A DNA stretch of 64,000 nt from an uncultured Candidatus Entotheonella sp. (lineage in GTDB: Bacteria > Tectomicrobia > Entotheonellia > Entotheonellales > Entotheonellaceae), in assembly GCA_965217185.1 (NCBI GenBank), contig OZ244252.1, forward strand, positions 1,888,001-1,952,000, in the 5' to 3' direction. A model generated the notes under the pieces. That model had not been told where the DNA came from. It saw only the letters and a list, made by a program, of their open reading frames with translations, and ran no database searches. Of the stretch, positions 40,872-51,255 are shown piece by piece. Each line of letters begins with the position of its first letter. Position 1 is the stretch's first letter. Both the position numbers and the translations under genes were made by a program.

Positions 40872-42842
40872 ATGCCAGTCGTCAAACTCGACATCACACA
40901 ACGCGAGCCGTTTGCCAACGGGGAATCCTTCGACCCGGCGGGGCCGTACGAATACCTGCGGGGCACAGCGCACTTCGCGGTGGACCCGCTGCACCCGCGC
41001 AACGCCGCCATAACCGACTTGGAGCTGGCCCCGCGCGAGGCGGATGGCACGGTGGCGTTCTCGGCGCAGTTCGCCATGCTGCAGCCGACAGATCCCGAGC
41101 GCGGCAACCGTCGGATGTTCTTCGACGTGATGAACCGCGGGCGCAAAACGGTTCTGCCGCGTTTTAACGACGCTCCGGACATTGTGGACCACAGCCTGCC
41201 GCCCAAGCCGGGAAACGGCTTTCTCATGCGCCGGGGGTACACGGTGGTATGGTGCGGCTGGCAGGCCGACGTGCCGCCGACGCCGGGACTGATGGGCCTG
41301 CAAGCGCCGGAAGCTCTCGGACCGCAAGGTTCGCTGCAAGGGCGAATCCTGTGCCAGTTTCAAGTCAACGAACTAACCTCGCAATTGCTGCTTTCCGATC
41401 GCGAACACACGCCGCACCCCGCTGCCGACGTCAACGAGGCCGAAGCACTTCTGCAGGTGCGCGACCACCCCAACGCGCCGGCCACCGAAATTCCACGCGC
41501 GGCGTGGTCGTTCGTTCGGATGGATGGTGACGCAGCGCCGAATTACGTGCACCTGCACGCCGGCTTCGAGCCGGGCCGCATCTACCAACTGGTGTACATG
41601 ACGCGCGGCAGCCGCATCGTCGGGCTCGGCTTCGCCGCGGTGCGCGACATCGCGTCGTTCCTCAAGCACGGCAGCGCGGGCGACGGCAACCCTTGCGCCG
41701 GTCGGCTGGACTACGCCTACGCCTTCGGGGCCTCGCAGAGCGGCCGGTTCCTGCGGCAAATGCTCTATCACGGCTTGGTGGAGGACGAGGCAGAGCGGCT
41801 GGCCCTCGATGGTGTCATCCCGCACGTAGCGGGCGCCATGCGTGGCGAGTTCAATCTGCGCTTTGGCCAGCCGTCGAAGGACGTCTGTTTCATCATCCCG
41901 GAGTTGTTTCCGTTCACCGACACGCCGCAGACCGATCCGCTCACGGGCCGCCGCGGGGCCTTGCTGGAAAAACCAGAGGTGCGCGGCAAGGTGCCCAAGG
42001 TCATGTTCACCAACACGTCGGCAGAGTACTGGCGCGGCGACGCGGCGCTCATCCACACCGATCTGGAAACGATGCGCGACCAGCCGGAATCGCCGTCGGT
42101 GCGGCGCTACCATTTTTCCGGTACGCACCACACCTCTGGGCTATTCCCCCTCGCCGGGTGGCGAACCGCCGACGGCATGCGCGGGCAATTGCCGTTCAAC
42201 ACGGTCGATTTCAACCCGCTCCTGCGCGCCGCCCTGATCAACCTCGACCGCTGGGCCAGCGAAGGGGTGCCGGCTCCCGCCAGCCGCCACCCGTCCCTGG
42301 ATGACGGCACCAGCGTGCCTTCCGACAGCCTCGAGACGGCCTTCGCCGGCCTGCCGGGCGTGCGCTTTCCACGCAAGGTGACGCGGGCCATGCGGCTCGA
42401 CTACGGCCCCGAAACCGAACATGGGCGCACCGTGCGCCTCCCGGCTGCTGAGGGAGAAACCTACCCGGCACTGGTTTCCGACGTGGACGCCGACGGCAAC
42501 GAACGGGCCGGGATTCGCCTGCCCGACGTCACCGTGCCGCTGGCCACCCACACCGGCTGGAACCTGCGCCACGAGGCCGTCGGCAACCCGGACCTGGTCA
42601 TCGGCATTACGGGGGGACTGGCCGGCTGGACCCTGCCGTTCGCCGCCACCCGCGACGACCGCGAGACGGGCGACCCGCGCCCGTCCATCGACGAGCGTTA
42701 TTCATCCCGCGAGGAATACCTGCACCGCGTACGAGCCGCCGCGCAGGAACTCATCGCCGCAGGTTATGTGCTGGCGGTGGATTTACCCCGCATTGTGGCT
42801 GCGGCGGGCGTACGATACGATGCCTTCAGGCATGGGAAGTGA
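40872..42842 (+). CDS. Alpha/beta hydrolase domain-containing protein
   Basis: GASQSGRFLR nucleophile elbow, SAEYW, DADGNERAG. Confidence 0.82.
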   Translation: MPVVKLDITQREPFANGESFDPAGPYEYLRGTAHFAVDPLHPRNAAITDLELAPREADGTVAFSAQFAMLQPTDPERGNRRMFFDVMNRGRKTVLPRFNDAPDIVDHSLPPKPGNGFLMRRGYTVVWCGWQADVPPTPGLMGLQAPEALGPQGSLQGRILCQFQVNELTSQLLLSDREHTPHPAADVNEAEALLQVRDHPNAPATEIPRAAWSFVRMDGDAAPNYVHLHAGFEPGRIYQLVYMTRGSRIVGLGFAAVRDIASFLKHGSAGDGNPCAGRLDYAYAFGASQSGRFLRQMLYHGLVEDEAERLALDGVIPHVAGAMRGEFNLRFGQPSKDVCFIIPELFPFTDTPQTDPLTGRRGALLEKPEVRGKVPKVMFTNTSAEYWRGDAALIHTDLETMRDQPESPSVRRYHFSGTHHTSGLFPLAGWRTADGMRGQLPFNTVDFNPLLRAALINLDRWASEGVPAPASRHPSLDDGTSVPSDSLETAFAGLPGVRFPRKVTRAMRLDYGPETEHGRTVRLPAAEGETYPALVSDVDADGNERAGIRLPDVTVPLATHTGWNLRHEAVGNPDLVIGITGGLAGWTLPFAATRDDRETGDPRPSIDERYSSREEYLHRVRAAAQELIAAGYVLAVDLPRIVAAAGVRYDAFRHGK

Positions 42843-42959
42843 ATTGGCTGGACCTTGGTAGGTTCCTTGCACGGCGTGGGTCCGGGCTTTGGCAGGGATA
42901 ACCGTCAACAACTTAGAGCGTTTTCGGTTCAAGACGACTTGCCATCCGACAACCGCCTC

Positions 42960-42997
42960 CCCCTCACCCCAACCCTCTCCCACCAGGGGAGAGGGGG
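42960..42997. repeat. C-rich/G-rich hairpin repeat element
   Basis: CCCCTCACCCCAACCCTCTCCCACCAGGGGAGAGGGG, a common intergenic palindromic repeat type. Confidence 0.6.
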
Positions 42998-43095
42998 TAA
43001 ACCAAGTTGCCGGTTTGTACCGATAGGGAGAGGGGGCGTAAGAGTCCATCCATTGTAATATGATTCGGAAATACTCTAGAGGCTGGGGGGAGGCT

Positions 43096-43323
43096 ATGAA
43101 AATGAGCACTGAATACACCGTCGTTATCGAGAAGGACGAGGACGGCTACTACGTAGGGAGTGTTCCCGCCCTTCCGGGTTGTCATACCCAAGGCACGTCA
43201 ATTGATCAGTTGCTCGAACGGATGCAGGAGGCAATCGCCCTGTGGCTTGAGGTTGAGGGCGAAGACGCGCCAAAACCGCTTGAATGGGTCGACCACTCGA
43301 CAAACTTCCTTAGGAGGTCGTAA
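43096..43323 (+). CDS. HicB-family antitoxin (orphan)
   Basis: YTVVIEKDEDGYYVGSVPALPGCHTQG...EAIALWLE; no hicA gene adjacent. Confidence 0.85.
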   Translation: MKMSTEYTVVIEKDEDGYYVGSVPALPGCHTQGTSIDQLLERMQEAIALWLEVEGEDAPKPLEWVDHSTNFLRRS

Positions 43324-43326
43324 GAA

Positions 43327-43914
43327 ATGACTGCTACAGCTTCCACGAACGCAGCCACCACCCTTGTGCAGGATGCCAGTCGGTTCAACGATCAGTTTGG
43401 CGAGATGAGCCCGCGGGCCAAGGACAAGGTCAAGGGCGAGATGTCGGAATTCGTGCAGGCGTTCATCGCTGCTTCGCCCTTCGTGGTGATAGCCACGGCG
43501 GACCCGGACGGCAATTGCGATGCCTCGCCGAAGGGCGGCAAACCCGGATTCGTCAAGGTGATTGACAGCAGGCGCCTGTTGCTGCCCGACGTTGCCGGCA
43601 ACCGGTTGTTCCAGTCCTACCAGAACATGGACGACAACCCCCACGTCGGCCTGCTGTTCATGATTCCTGGCCTTAACGATACGGTGCGTATCAACGGCAC
43701 CATAACCATCGTGGACCGCGAGGAGCTGGAGCGGCAGAAAGTGGCGTTGTCCCTTTATTGGACCGACGACAACGCCAAGCACCTGCAGGGCGTCATCATC
43801 AACGTGGAAGAGTCCTACACCCACTGCCCGCGGGCCTACAACTTCGCCAAGCTGTGGGACACGGAGCAGATTACGACGAACCGGAGCAGCCGGCCTATAC
43901 CGCTCGCGTCGTAA
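43327..43914 (+). CDS. Pyridoxamine 5'-phosphate oxidase family FMN-binding protein
   Basis: FIAASPF, DASPKGG.PGFV, PDVAGN, VGLLFMIPG and YTHCPRA motifs. Confidence 0.88.
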   Translation: MTATASTNAATTLVQDASRFNDQFGEMSPRAKDKVKGEMSEFVQAFIAASPFVVIATADPDGNCDASPKGGKPGFVKVIDSRRLLLPDVAGNRLFQSYQNMDDNPHVGLLFMIPGLNDTVRINGTITIVDREELERQKVALSLYWTDDNAKHLQGVIINVEESYTHCPRAYNFAKLWDTEQITTNRSSRPIPLAS

Positions 43915-44058
43915 ATCGCTGGCTTCACCCTGCCCGCGACACGAACCCTCTTCAAATTTGGAGAGGGTCTTCTCATCGTTTCAACTCTCCCAAGAGGTCG
44001 AACCGCCCGGCGCTACAGCGGCTCGGCTTCCCCTTTTAGTCATCCATTCTGGCACACG

Positions 44059-44262
44059 TCAGGCACGCTTCAGAGTGTCCGGCTTGAACGAGGCTCGGCG
44101 GGCGGGATAGCGGACGTATTCGCGGCCGGAAGCTTTCTGCCGGGCCCGAATGTCTCTGAAAATTGCTTCCACATCGTAATCGAACCGGGCTGCGTGCTGG
44201 TCTCGTACGGCCCGTAGTTCGGCGATGATCGGGTCAGTCTGCGTCGCATGTCCCTCATCCAT
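44059..44262 (-). CDS. Small hypothetical protein (antitoxin-like)
   Basis: DPIIAELRAVRDQHAARFDYDVEAIFRDIR resembles small proteins usually paired with PIN toxins. Confidence 0.55.
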   Translation of the reverse strand: MDEGHATQTDPIIAELRAVRDQHAARFDYDVEAIFRDIRARQKASGREYVRYPARRASFKPDTLKRA

Positions 44263-47200
44263 CAGAAGACGCTCCCGACAATGGGCCAACCGGCCGCGCG
44301 GTCGTCCAAAGAATCGCGGCGATCCGCCGGGCCGTGTCGCTGACGTGCTGGACTTCGCCGGGCTTGAGCGGGCGGTCGAGGATGGCGCGCTCGCGGTACG
44401 ACAGCCACTTCTTGAGCACTTGGTAGCCGCCGAGCCGATAATCCCAGACGGCGGCCGGAACGTTGCGCCAGAAGGCGCGGGCGTTGAGATACACGTCGAA
44501 CGTGGTTTCGCCAAGCGACGGCATGACATCGCCCATCGCCGCGCGTTCTGCCGGGGTGAAAGCCCGCTCCACGACACGACCCTGCCCAGGCATCACCGCA
44601 TCGCCCGCACCGAAATGCCCCCACCCCGCGGTCACCGCGAAATCCTCGCCAGACATATTGCGCCCGTCCGTCGTGGCTGGCACGGCGATGGCGGCAATCT
44701 CCGGGCGCAGCGGCGCTTGCGTGACGCCCGGAACCGGCGTGTCGGGATCAAGGAGAGCCGCGAGTTCGCGTCCGCGCGCGGCGGATTCGACGAGTGCCGC
44801 CGCCGCGCCTTTGGCCCCGCCGTCCGGCCAACCTGGGAGAGGGATGCGCGCCCCCTCAGCTCGTAGCGCATCAGCGTTGAGCTCGTTGTAGGCGAGATCG
44901 TGGAGCACGGCAATGACGTGGCAGAACAGGTCCTCAACACCCTCGCCCAGACGATTGAGATAGCGTTGCGCTGCTCCCGAAAGATTGGGACGGCGACTTG
45001 CTTCCCTGCCGTTGGCTCCGAAACCATCATCGGTTAACTGCACCGGGACACAATAAACACCGCTGTTCATCTGATTCAGGTCACCGATATTCGAAATAAC
45101 CAGCGGGGGCGACAAGTCGGGTCGTGCCTTGTTCTGTAAAACCAGCCACAGATTCCCCTCGCACACGTGCGGCCGATAATCGGCACGTTTCTCGTCCAGC
45201 AGCTTCGTTTCCGCCTCCCAATAGAGCCACCGGTTGTCGAACGGCCGGTAAGCGAAGCGTATGAAACCAGCCTCGTCCGGCCCACCGCGCTTCAACAGGG
45301 CGTCGCGCACCGCGCGGGCATCGAACCGCGCCGTGGTTTTCATCACCCCCGGATAGCGCCGCGCAATTTCCTCATGGCTCAAGCCCACGTCGAAGTAATC
45401 GGCGACGCGCGCCCGGAGCCGGTCCAAGTCAACGTCGACGAGAAACCCGTCACGGCTGGTCTTAACGCCGGGAAACGACACCGGAAACAGATCGGGCAGT
45501 GACGGCCAATCGAACCACGAAGCGCTCACCGCGGTTTGCACGAACGGAAGGCCAAGGGGCAGGACGGGCTTGACCTCTTGATAGAGCGCGACCGGTTCCG
45601 CCTCAGCCGTTGCGATTAACTCCGCCGGCTTGGCCTGACCCCACAGGTGCCGGAAGCCGACCGCCTCCACAGGCGCGTGGTCGGCCTTGCGCACCAGCGT
45701 CGTGATGGCGGTGCCGACCTGAATGCCAACCGGATCGCCTGCCGCCGAGAAAATGCTCGGGTCCGGCGAGCCGTCCGGCGCCACCTTGCCGGTCTTGTAC
45801 TTGTCGCCGTTCAGGCAGTCGATGCGGATGGCGTCGAACGCCTCCAGATAGCGCTCCCGCATGCCCGTGAACGACAGCCCGTCGAGCCACGAATAGTTGG
45901 AGATGAAGCAGACCACGCCTTGGCCGGTCTTGTCGGCGATGCGCCGTTCCGCCATGCGGAAGAACCGGACGTAGAGGTCGTTCAGCCCCTGCCCTTCGGG
46001 GCGGCGTACGCGCTTCGTCGAGCGGTAGGCTTCCGACAGTTCCCGTTCTTCGTCCACCGCCATGCCGGCGAAGCCGTTGTAGGGCGGGTTGCCGATGATG
46101 ACGAGGACGGGCGTTTCCTGTTTGACGCGCTCCGCCCGGTCACGTTCTTCCTCCAATTCGGGAAACGGCAACGGCTTGGTCGTCCTCGGTTCCCAGCCGG
46201 TGAGGGCATTGGTGAGGAACACGCCGGCGCGTTCGGTTTCGTCGTCCGCCAGCGGTGCGCCGAGGTCCTGCAGGGCCAAGCCGATTTGAAGATGGGCGAC
46301 GACGAACGGCGCCGGCATGATCTCGAAGCCGAACACCCGTTGCGTCGCCGCCTGTTTCACCCGCGCGCCGGTGAGGGCGCCGAGGCCCTGTCCTTCGAGG
46401 TTGGCGGCGATGCGGCGCAGCACTTCGGCCAGATACGCGCCGGTGCCGCAGCACGGGTCGAGCACGTAGACGTTTTCCGCGGCGAGACCGTCCGGGATGC
46501 CAAGATCGTCCTTCAGCGCCTTGTCCACGCGGGCGACCATGTAGCGAACCACTTCGGTTGGCGTGTACCAGACGCCGAGTTGCTTGCGCAGGTCGGGATC
46601 GAAGGCTTCGAGGAAGGGTTCGTAGAAGTAAGGCACCGCCTCGCCCTCCTGGAAGCGGGCAAAGAAGGCGGGGCGATCCACCCGGTCGAGCGCTGCCGCG
46701 GTCCAGTCCAGCACCTCGACGAGGCCGAGCGGTTGCAGGCGGCCGGGATCGGAAAGCTGCTGGAACAACGCCCGCAACACGGGCGCGCGCAGATGCCAGA
46801 CCGCGGTGCGCCAGTCGAATACACCGGTCGGCGGCGGGGCTTGGCGCGCCCACAGCACCCAGGCGGAGAAAACGCCGTAAAACAGGGTCTGCACCAGGGT
46901 TGAATGGAAGAAGTGCGCGCCGCGCTCTCCCTCAAACCGGACGCCGAGCGCCTCTTCCAAGGCGGAGCGCACTGCCTTGAGCGACGGGGCGTCGTCGGCT
47001 GCCTCGACACGAGCGAGGCCGTCGCGGGCGTAGGACGCGAGCAGCCACGCCAGGTCCTTCGGCTCGGCCAGCGCCGCCCGGTGCGATAAGGCGCGGGCGA
47101 GATATTCGCCCAGTCCGGCGCCCACGTCACGGGCGAAGGTACGCGGCTTCTCCAGTTTGCGGCGGAAGTCGTCCGCGTTGTCGGCCAGCCGGAAAGTTTC

Positions 47201-47626
47201 GAGCTTCGCGGGGCGGCCTGCCTGGTTTTCACCCACCAACACGAAATCGCGTGTGTTCGTCACCAGAACCAGCCGGTAGCGGTTCCAGTAGCGGCTGACC
47301 TGATCGGAGTCCGCCGTGAGCCAGGCATCGTCATCGGCGGTCTTCACCTCGACCACGCCGCGCTCCGGCGTCTGGCCCTCGCGCGGCCGGCCTTTCTGCC
47401 CCTGCCTTGCCGTGTAGAGGCCGAAGTCGGGATGCCCGGCGCCTTGATCGGCAAGCTCGCCGACGCAGAACACCTTGGGCTTGAGCGCCGCGCCAATGGC
47501 GTCCAACAGATTGGCGAGCGGCCCGTAGCTCGACCGTTCCCCAGTCGCACCGCCTGATGCGCGCACCCGTCCAAGATCGGCGAAGTACGCCTCGACGGCC
47601 GCCGTCAGTTTTGTGTTCGTTGCCAT
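44255..47626 (-). CDS. Single-polypeptide restriction-modification enzyme (N6-adenine MTase with type ISP-like C-terminus, no helicase)
   Basis: N-terminal PDF...VEVK nuclease motif, GVWYTP, LDPCCGTG (motif I), GNPPY (motif IV), YRPFD and GGYQVLKKWL. Confidence 0.88.
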   Translation of the reverse strand: MATNTKLTAAVEAYFADLGRVRASGGATGERSSYGPLANLLDAIGAALKPKVFCVGELADQGAGHPDFGLYTARQGQKGRPREGQTPERGVVEVKTADDDAWLTADSDQVSRYWNRYRLVLVTNTRDFVLVGENQAGRPAKLETFRLADNADDFRRKLEKPRTFARDVGAGLGEYLARALSHRAALAEPKDLAWLLASYARDGLARVEAADDAPSLKAVRSALEEALGVRFEGERGAHFFHSTLVQTLFYGVFSAWVLWARQAPPPTGVFDWRTAVWHLRAPVLRALFQQLSDPGRLQPLGLVEVLDWTAAALDRVDRPAFFARFQEGEAVPYFYEPFLEAFDPDLRKQLGVWYTPTEVVRYMVARVDKALKDDLGIPDGLAAENVYVLDPCCGTGAYLAEVLRRIAANLEGQGLGALTGARVKQAATQRVFGFEIMPAPFVVAHLQIGLALQDLGAPLADDETERAGVFLTNALTGWEPRTTKPLPFPELEEERDRAERVKQETPVLVIIGNPPYNGFAGMAVDEERELSEAYRSTKRVRRPEGQGLNDLYVRFFRMAERRIADKTGQGVVCFISNYSWLDGLSFTGMRERYLEAFDAIRIDCLNGDKYKTGKVAPDGSPDPSIFSAAGDPVGIQVGTAITTLVRKADHAPVEAVGFRHLWGQAKPAELIATAEAEPVALYQEVKPVLPLGLPFVQTAVSASWFDWPSLPDLFPVSFPGVKTSRDGFLVDVDLDRLRARVADYFDVGLSHEEIARRYPGVMKTTARFDARAVRDALLKRGGPDEAGFIRFAYRPFDNRWLYWEAETKLLDEKRADYRPHVCEGNLWLVLQNKARPDLSPPLVISNIGDLNQMNSGVYCVPVQLTDDGFGANGREASRRPNLSGAAQRYLNRLGEGVEDLFCHVIAVLHDLAYNELNADALRAEGARIPLPGWPDGGAKGAAAALVESAARGRELAALLDPDTPVPGVTQAPLRPEIAAIAVPATTDGRNMSGEDFAVTAGWGHFGAGDAVMPGQGRVVERAFTPAERAAMGDVMPSLGETTFDVYLNARAFWRNVPAAVWDYRLGGYQVLKKWLSYRERAILDRPLKPGEVQHVSDTARRIAAILWTTARPVGPLSGASSDG

Positions 47627-48254
47627 CATCATTCCTGTGGCCCGGAAGGTATCGGGGATTGCTGGCCGACCGTTGCGGGATGCAACATTGTTGCAAATCA
47701 GCACACTCGCCAAATTTCCCCGCAGATCACGTCATAAGCGACGCGATTTCAGAGAATTAGCCGCCTCCCCTTCCCTTCGGCCTCTTTCGGGCCGTTGCAT
47801 TCTGCATCAGCTCGACATCCCTTATCCCCACGTATCCATGATCTGACGTTCTTTCGTTCAAAGGACTTATTCGTTTGCCAGGGACTTGGCACGGTTTGTG
47901 CGTCTGTAATGGAACCGCTTGGTCGGCACCAAGCCGGTCGAGCTATACGACGGTCGGAGCCAACTCCGACAGCAGAAGTCTGTATGGAATAGCAGAATGA
48001 CGAATGACCCATCCTGCCTGAACGAACGGCTTGGGAATTGAGCCACCCCCATCCGTGGAGGACGAACGGGAACATGGTCCACCCCTCCCTTTCATGCCGT
48101 CGCCACTTGCCGCGTCCTGCTTCCGGCAGCGGCATGGAATTGGCCACGTTACCCGGAAGGCCGTCGCATCGTCCTTCCCGCCATTGCCTCGCCTTATTTC
48201 GTCACGCCCCCTTCATTCAGGTTCCATACAGGCTGACTGCTGGCTTCGCGGCAA

Positions 48255-48285
48255 ATGCGGATTGCGCTTCACTAATCCGACCTAC
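48255..48285 (-). repeat. GTAG-type REP-like palindrome, copy 2
   Basis: Reverse complement reads GTAGGTCGGATTAGTGAAGCGCAATCCGCAT. Confidence 0.75.
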
Positions 48286-48476
48286 AACTGACACCCGTGT
48301 CCGGGCGCGTAATGGCGGTGGCGCCGTCCTTAAACGGCAGCGCAGTTATTGCGGGAGGAAGGCACTGCTGGGTGGGGAACATTAGGATTGACGGGGGAAG
48401 GAAGCACCTGCAAAGGCCGCCATCGGCGATGACGGCCTTCGGTTGGCTGTGGGCGTAGCTGTCGGTCGGAACCAGG

Positions 48477-49355
48477 CTACAGGGCGGTGCCGACCGTGGC
48501 GAACGAATCGCGCCCGCGGGCATAAGAGCGAATGTTCTGCCCCGCGTTGCGGTTGACAAACTCGCGGCCCCACATGGGGTGGCGCATGCTGCGCACTTCA
48601 TGCTCAAGGGTGAACAGGACCTTGCCGGTGTCGGGATGCACGATGTCCTGGAAACGGTACTGGCAATTGTCGCTTTCTTCGGTGATCAGGCCGTGCTCGT
48701 CCAGAAAGGCGTGCGGGCCGGAGAAATTAGCCACATAAACGGCGATGTGATGGCCGTCGTAGGCCGGAATGGCTTTCCGGGTTTCGCGGAAAACCAGCTT
48801 CTGCTCACAGCCGACGAGCACTTCGACGACGGCGCCGTTGGTGTCTTCCGACAGCGTGTAGGACGCCTGCATGATGGTCTTGTAAAACTGTCCGATGCCT
48901 GCCGCCGTGCCCCGCTTGACCGGAAACTCGACGTACGGAATGCCCAGGCTCATCTCACCGAATTCTTCTTGGTCCGGCGCGTGGCAGCGAAACTGGTTGC
49001 CCCACGGCCCGGTGACGTTGACGTGGCCGTTTTCTTCGGCGCAGGTGAAATGCGTGTCCGACATCTGCTCCTGCAGCGCCGTGAGGCGCATCTTGAGGGC
49101 CTCGAGATCGGGCACTACCAATCCGATGACGCCCCGCAGCACTTGCGGCTCGCGGGTTGGCAGGTGGAACTGCTGCTGCCCGACGTTTATCCACATGTTT
49201 TCGGCACTCACCATCATGTAGGGGTCACGGGTAAAGCCCAGGCCGGTAACGTAAAACTGCGTGGCCGTCACCTGGTCGGGGGCCGTCACGTTGACGTGCT
49301 CCATGGCCAGGATGTTGCCAACGTCTTGCGATGCACGGTCGAATATCTTCTTCAT
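48477..49355 (-). CDS. VOC/glyoxalase-like protein (two-domain)
   Basis: EHVNV...FYVTGLG...QFHLP...GHHIAVY...EHEVRS. Confidence 0.75.
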   Translation of the reverse strand: MKKIFDRASQDVGNILAMEHVNVTAPDQVTATQFYVTGLGFTRDPYMMVSAENMWINVGQQQFHLPTREPQVLRGVIGLVVPDLEALKMRLTALQEQMSDTHFTCAEENGHVNVTGPWGNQFRCHAPDQEEFGEMSLGIPYVEFPVKRGTAAGIGQFYKTIMQASYTLSEDTNGAVVEVLVGCEQKLVFRETRKAIPAYDGHHIAVYVANFSGPHAFLDEHGLITEESDNCQYRFQDIVHPDTGKVLFTLEHEVRSMRHPMWGREFVNRNAGQNIRSYARGRDSFATVGTAL

Positions 49356-49414
49356 GGGAACCAGTCTCCTCAACATAAGCAGGAAAGGGTTTGATACCAA
49401 GGAAACGCGGCGGA

Positions 49415-50353
49415 TTATAGCACAGGCGCCTCAACCGACGGTTCCGGCGCGGGCAGCGGCTTGCCCAGCACGTGCCGCAGGGCTTCCTCAAACTCCGGAT
49501 AGCGGAACGTATAGCCCGAGGCATTGAGCTTGCCGGGCGCCACGCGCGTGCTGGCGAGCAGCAGAGCGTCGGCCATCTCACCGAACATCAGACGGACGGC
49601 AAAAGCCGGCACGGCGAACCGCGTCGGGCGCCGCAACACCCGGCCTAATGTCTTCGTAAAATCACGATTGCTGACCGGCTCAGGCGCCACCAGGTTGACG
49701 GCGCCGTGCAGGGATTCGGTCGTCAACACGTGGGAAATGGCACCCACGACGTCGTCCAGGGCAATCCAGCTCATGAACTGGGCGCCGCCGCCTAGCACGC
49801 CGCCGAGGCCGAGTCGGAACGGCGGCAGCATCTGGGCCAAGGCGCCGCCGGTAGAACTCAACACCACGCCCAAGCGCAGCGACACGACCCGGATGCCGCG
49901 TTCCGCTGCCGGCGCCGCGGCCGCTTCCCAATCGACGCAGACACGCGCCAGAAAGTCTTCCCCGGCGCGGCTCTCCTCCAACAGCAGGCGCTCGCCACGA
50001 TTGCCGTAATAGCCGATGGCCGAGGCGCACACGAAGGTTTTGGGCGGCTTGACGACCTGCCGCAGCGCCTCGCAGAGGATCTGGGTGCCGCGCACCCGGC
50101 TCTCATAGATGCGCCGCTTCTTGTCCGCCGTCCAGCGCCCGACAATGCTCTCACCCGCCAGATGCACGATGGCATCGACGCCTTCCAGAACCTGCGGGGG
50201 CATGCGCCCGGCCTCCGGTTCCCAGGCCACTTCTCCCCATCCCGGACGCGCCCGCCCGCGAACCAGCCGGGTTATCCGGTGCCCCGCCGCCTCAAGTTCA
50301 GGCGTCAAAGCCGAACCGATCAGTCCGCTTGTTCCGCTTACGAGTATATGCAT
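49415..50353 (-). CDS. TIGR01777/YfcH-family NAD-dependent epimerase
   Basis: SGTSGLIG, HLAGESI, SAIGYYG and GLGGVLGGGAQFMSWI motifs. Confidence 0.92.
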   Translation of the reverse strand: MHILVSGTSGLIGSALTPELEAAGHRITRLVRGRARPGWGEVAWEPEAGRMPPQVLEGVDAIVHLAGESIVGRWTADKKRRIYESRVRGTQILCEALRQVVKPPKTFVCASAIGYYGNRGERLLLEESRAGEDFLARVCVDWEAAAAPAAERGIRVVSLRLGVVLSSTGGALAQMLPPFRLGLGGVLGGGAQFMSWIALDDVVGAISHVLTTESLHGAVNLVAPEPVSNRDFTKTLGRVLRRPTRFAVPAFAVRLMFGEMADALLLASTRVAPGKLNASGYTFRYPEFEEALRHVLGKPLPAPEPSVEAPVL

Positions 50354-50397
50354 GGCCTTCTCCAGTAGGCGTGCCAGACCTGGCCTCAAGCCCAAGC

Positions 50398-51165
50398 CTA
50401 TCCCAGCGACACGATGCCCTCTGCCACCGGCTTGAGACGCTCCAGAACCAGGGGATCGTGGCCGGGGACGATCAGCTCCGGCTTGTCGGCCAGTTCCCGC
50501 ATGCGCTCAAAGCTGTCGTACATGCCGGGCAAGTCGTGCAGCACCATGAACGGCACGTCCTTCTCGATGTTGTGATAATAGTGCGATGCGTCCGTGGCGA
50601 GCACCGCCCGTCCCAGGGCGGTCTGAGCGGTGACGATCTGCAGGCCGGCGGTGTGGCCGCCGACCCGGTGTACGTGCACGCCGGGGACGATCTCGCGCAC
50701 GCCGTCAACCAGCGTCAGCCGCCCCTCGTAGTTGTAACGCACCATGGCCACCACATCATCCACCTCGATGGAACGCCGGAAGGCGGCGTGGCGCACGTAC
50801 TTGCCCGTGTAAAACCGCATTTCGTCTTCTTGCAGATAGAAGGTGGCGTTCGGGAACAGGTCGTAATTGCCAACGTGGTCGTAGTGCAGGTGGCTGACGA
50901 TAACGTGCGACACGCTGGCGCAATCGATGCCCAGTTCCGCCAGGCCCACCGACGGGCAGCGCATGAACTCGCGCCCGCGGCGGGTGCCGACTTCCTCCGT
51001 AAAGCCCAGGTCGACGACCACCGTGTGCTGGTCATTCACCAACGCCCACACGAAGTAGGTCATCTTCATCGGCGTGTTGTGATAATCGCCGTAGAACAAC
51101 TCCGTCGAGGTAGTCTCGCGGCGGGCGTATTGCACCGCGTAGATGGTGTAGGGCGAGTGCGTCAT
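50398..51165 (-). CDS. N-acyl homoserine lactonase-family MBL hydrolase
   Basis: SHLHYDHVG, GGHTAGLQ, LATDASH and PGHDP motifs. Confidence 0.8.
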   Translation of the reverse strand: MTHSPYTIYAVQYARRETTSTELFYGDYHNTPMKMTYFVWALVNDQHTVVVDLGFTEEVGTRRGREFMRCPSVGLAELGIDCASVSHVIVSHLHYDHVGNYDLFPNATFYLQEDEMRFYTGKYVRHAAFRRSIEVDDVVAMVRYNYEGRLTLVDGVREIVPGVHVHRVGGHTAGLQIVTAQTALGRAVLATDASHYYHNIEKDVPFMVLHDLPGMYDSFERMRELADKPELIVPGHDPLVLERLKPVAEGIVSLG

Positions 51166-51255
51166 ACAGGCTTCCCCTTTCGCTCGTTCCGGCGGCGTGG
51201 GTGACCGCCAAATCGGAATGCCGGGCTACCCCTTTGCCTAACCCGACCTGAAGAG

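Noticed and set aside
47713..48476. Long intergenic region as a tRNA, ncRNA or CRISPR array
   Set aside because: No cloverleaf, regularly spaced repeats or recognisable RNA motif was found, apart from one REP-like copy.
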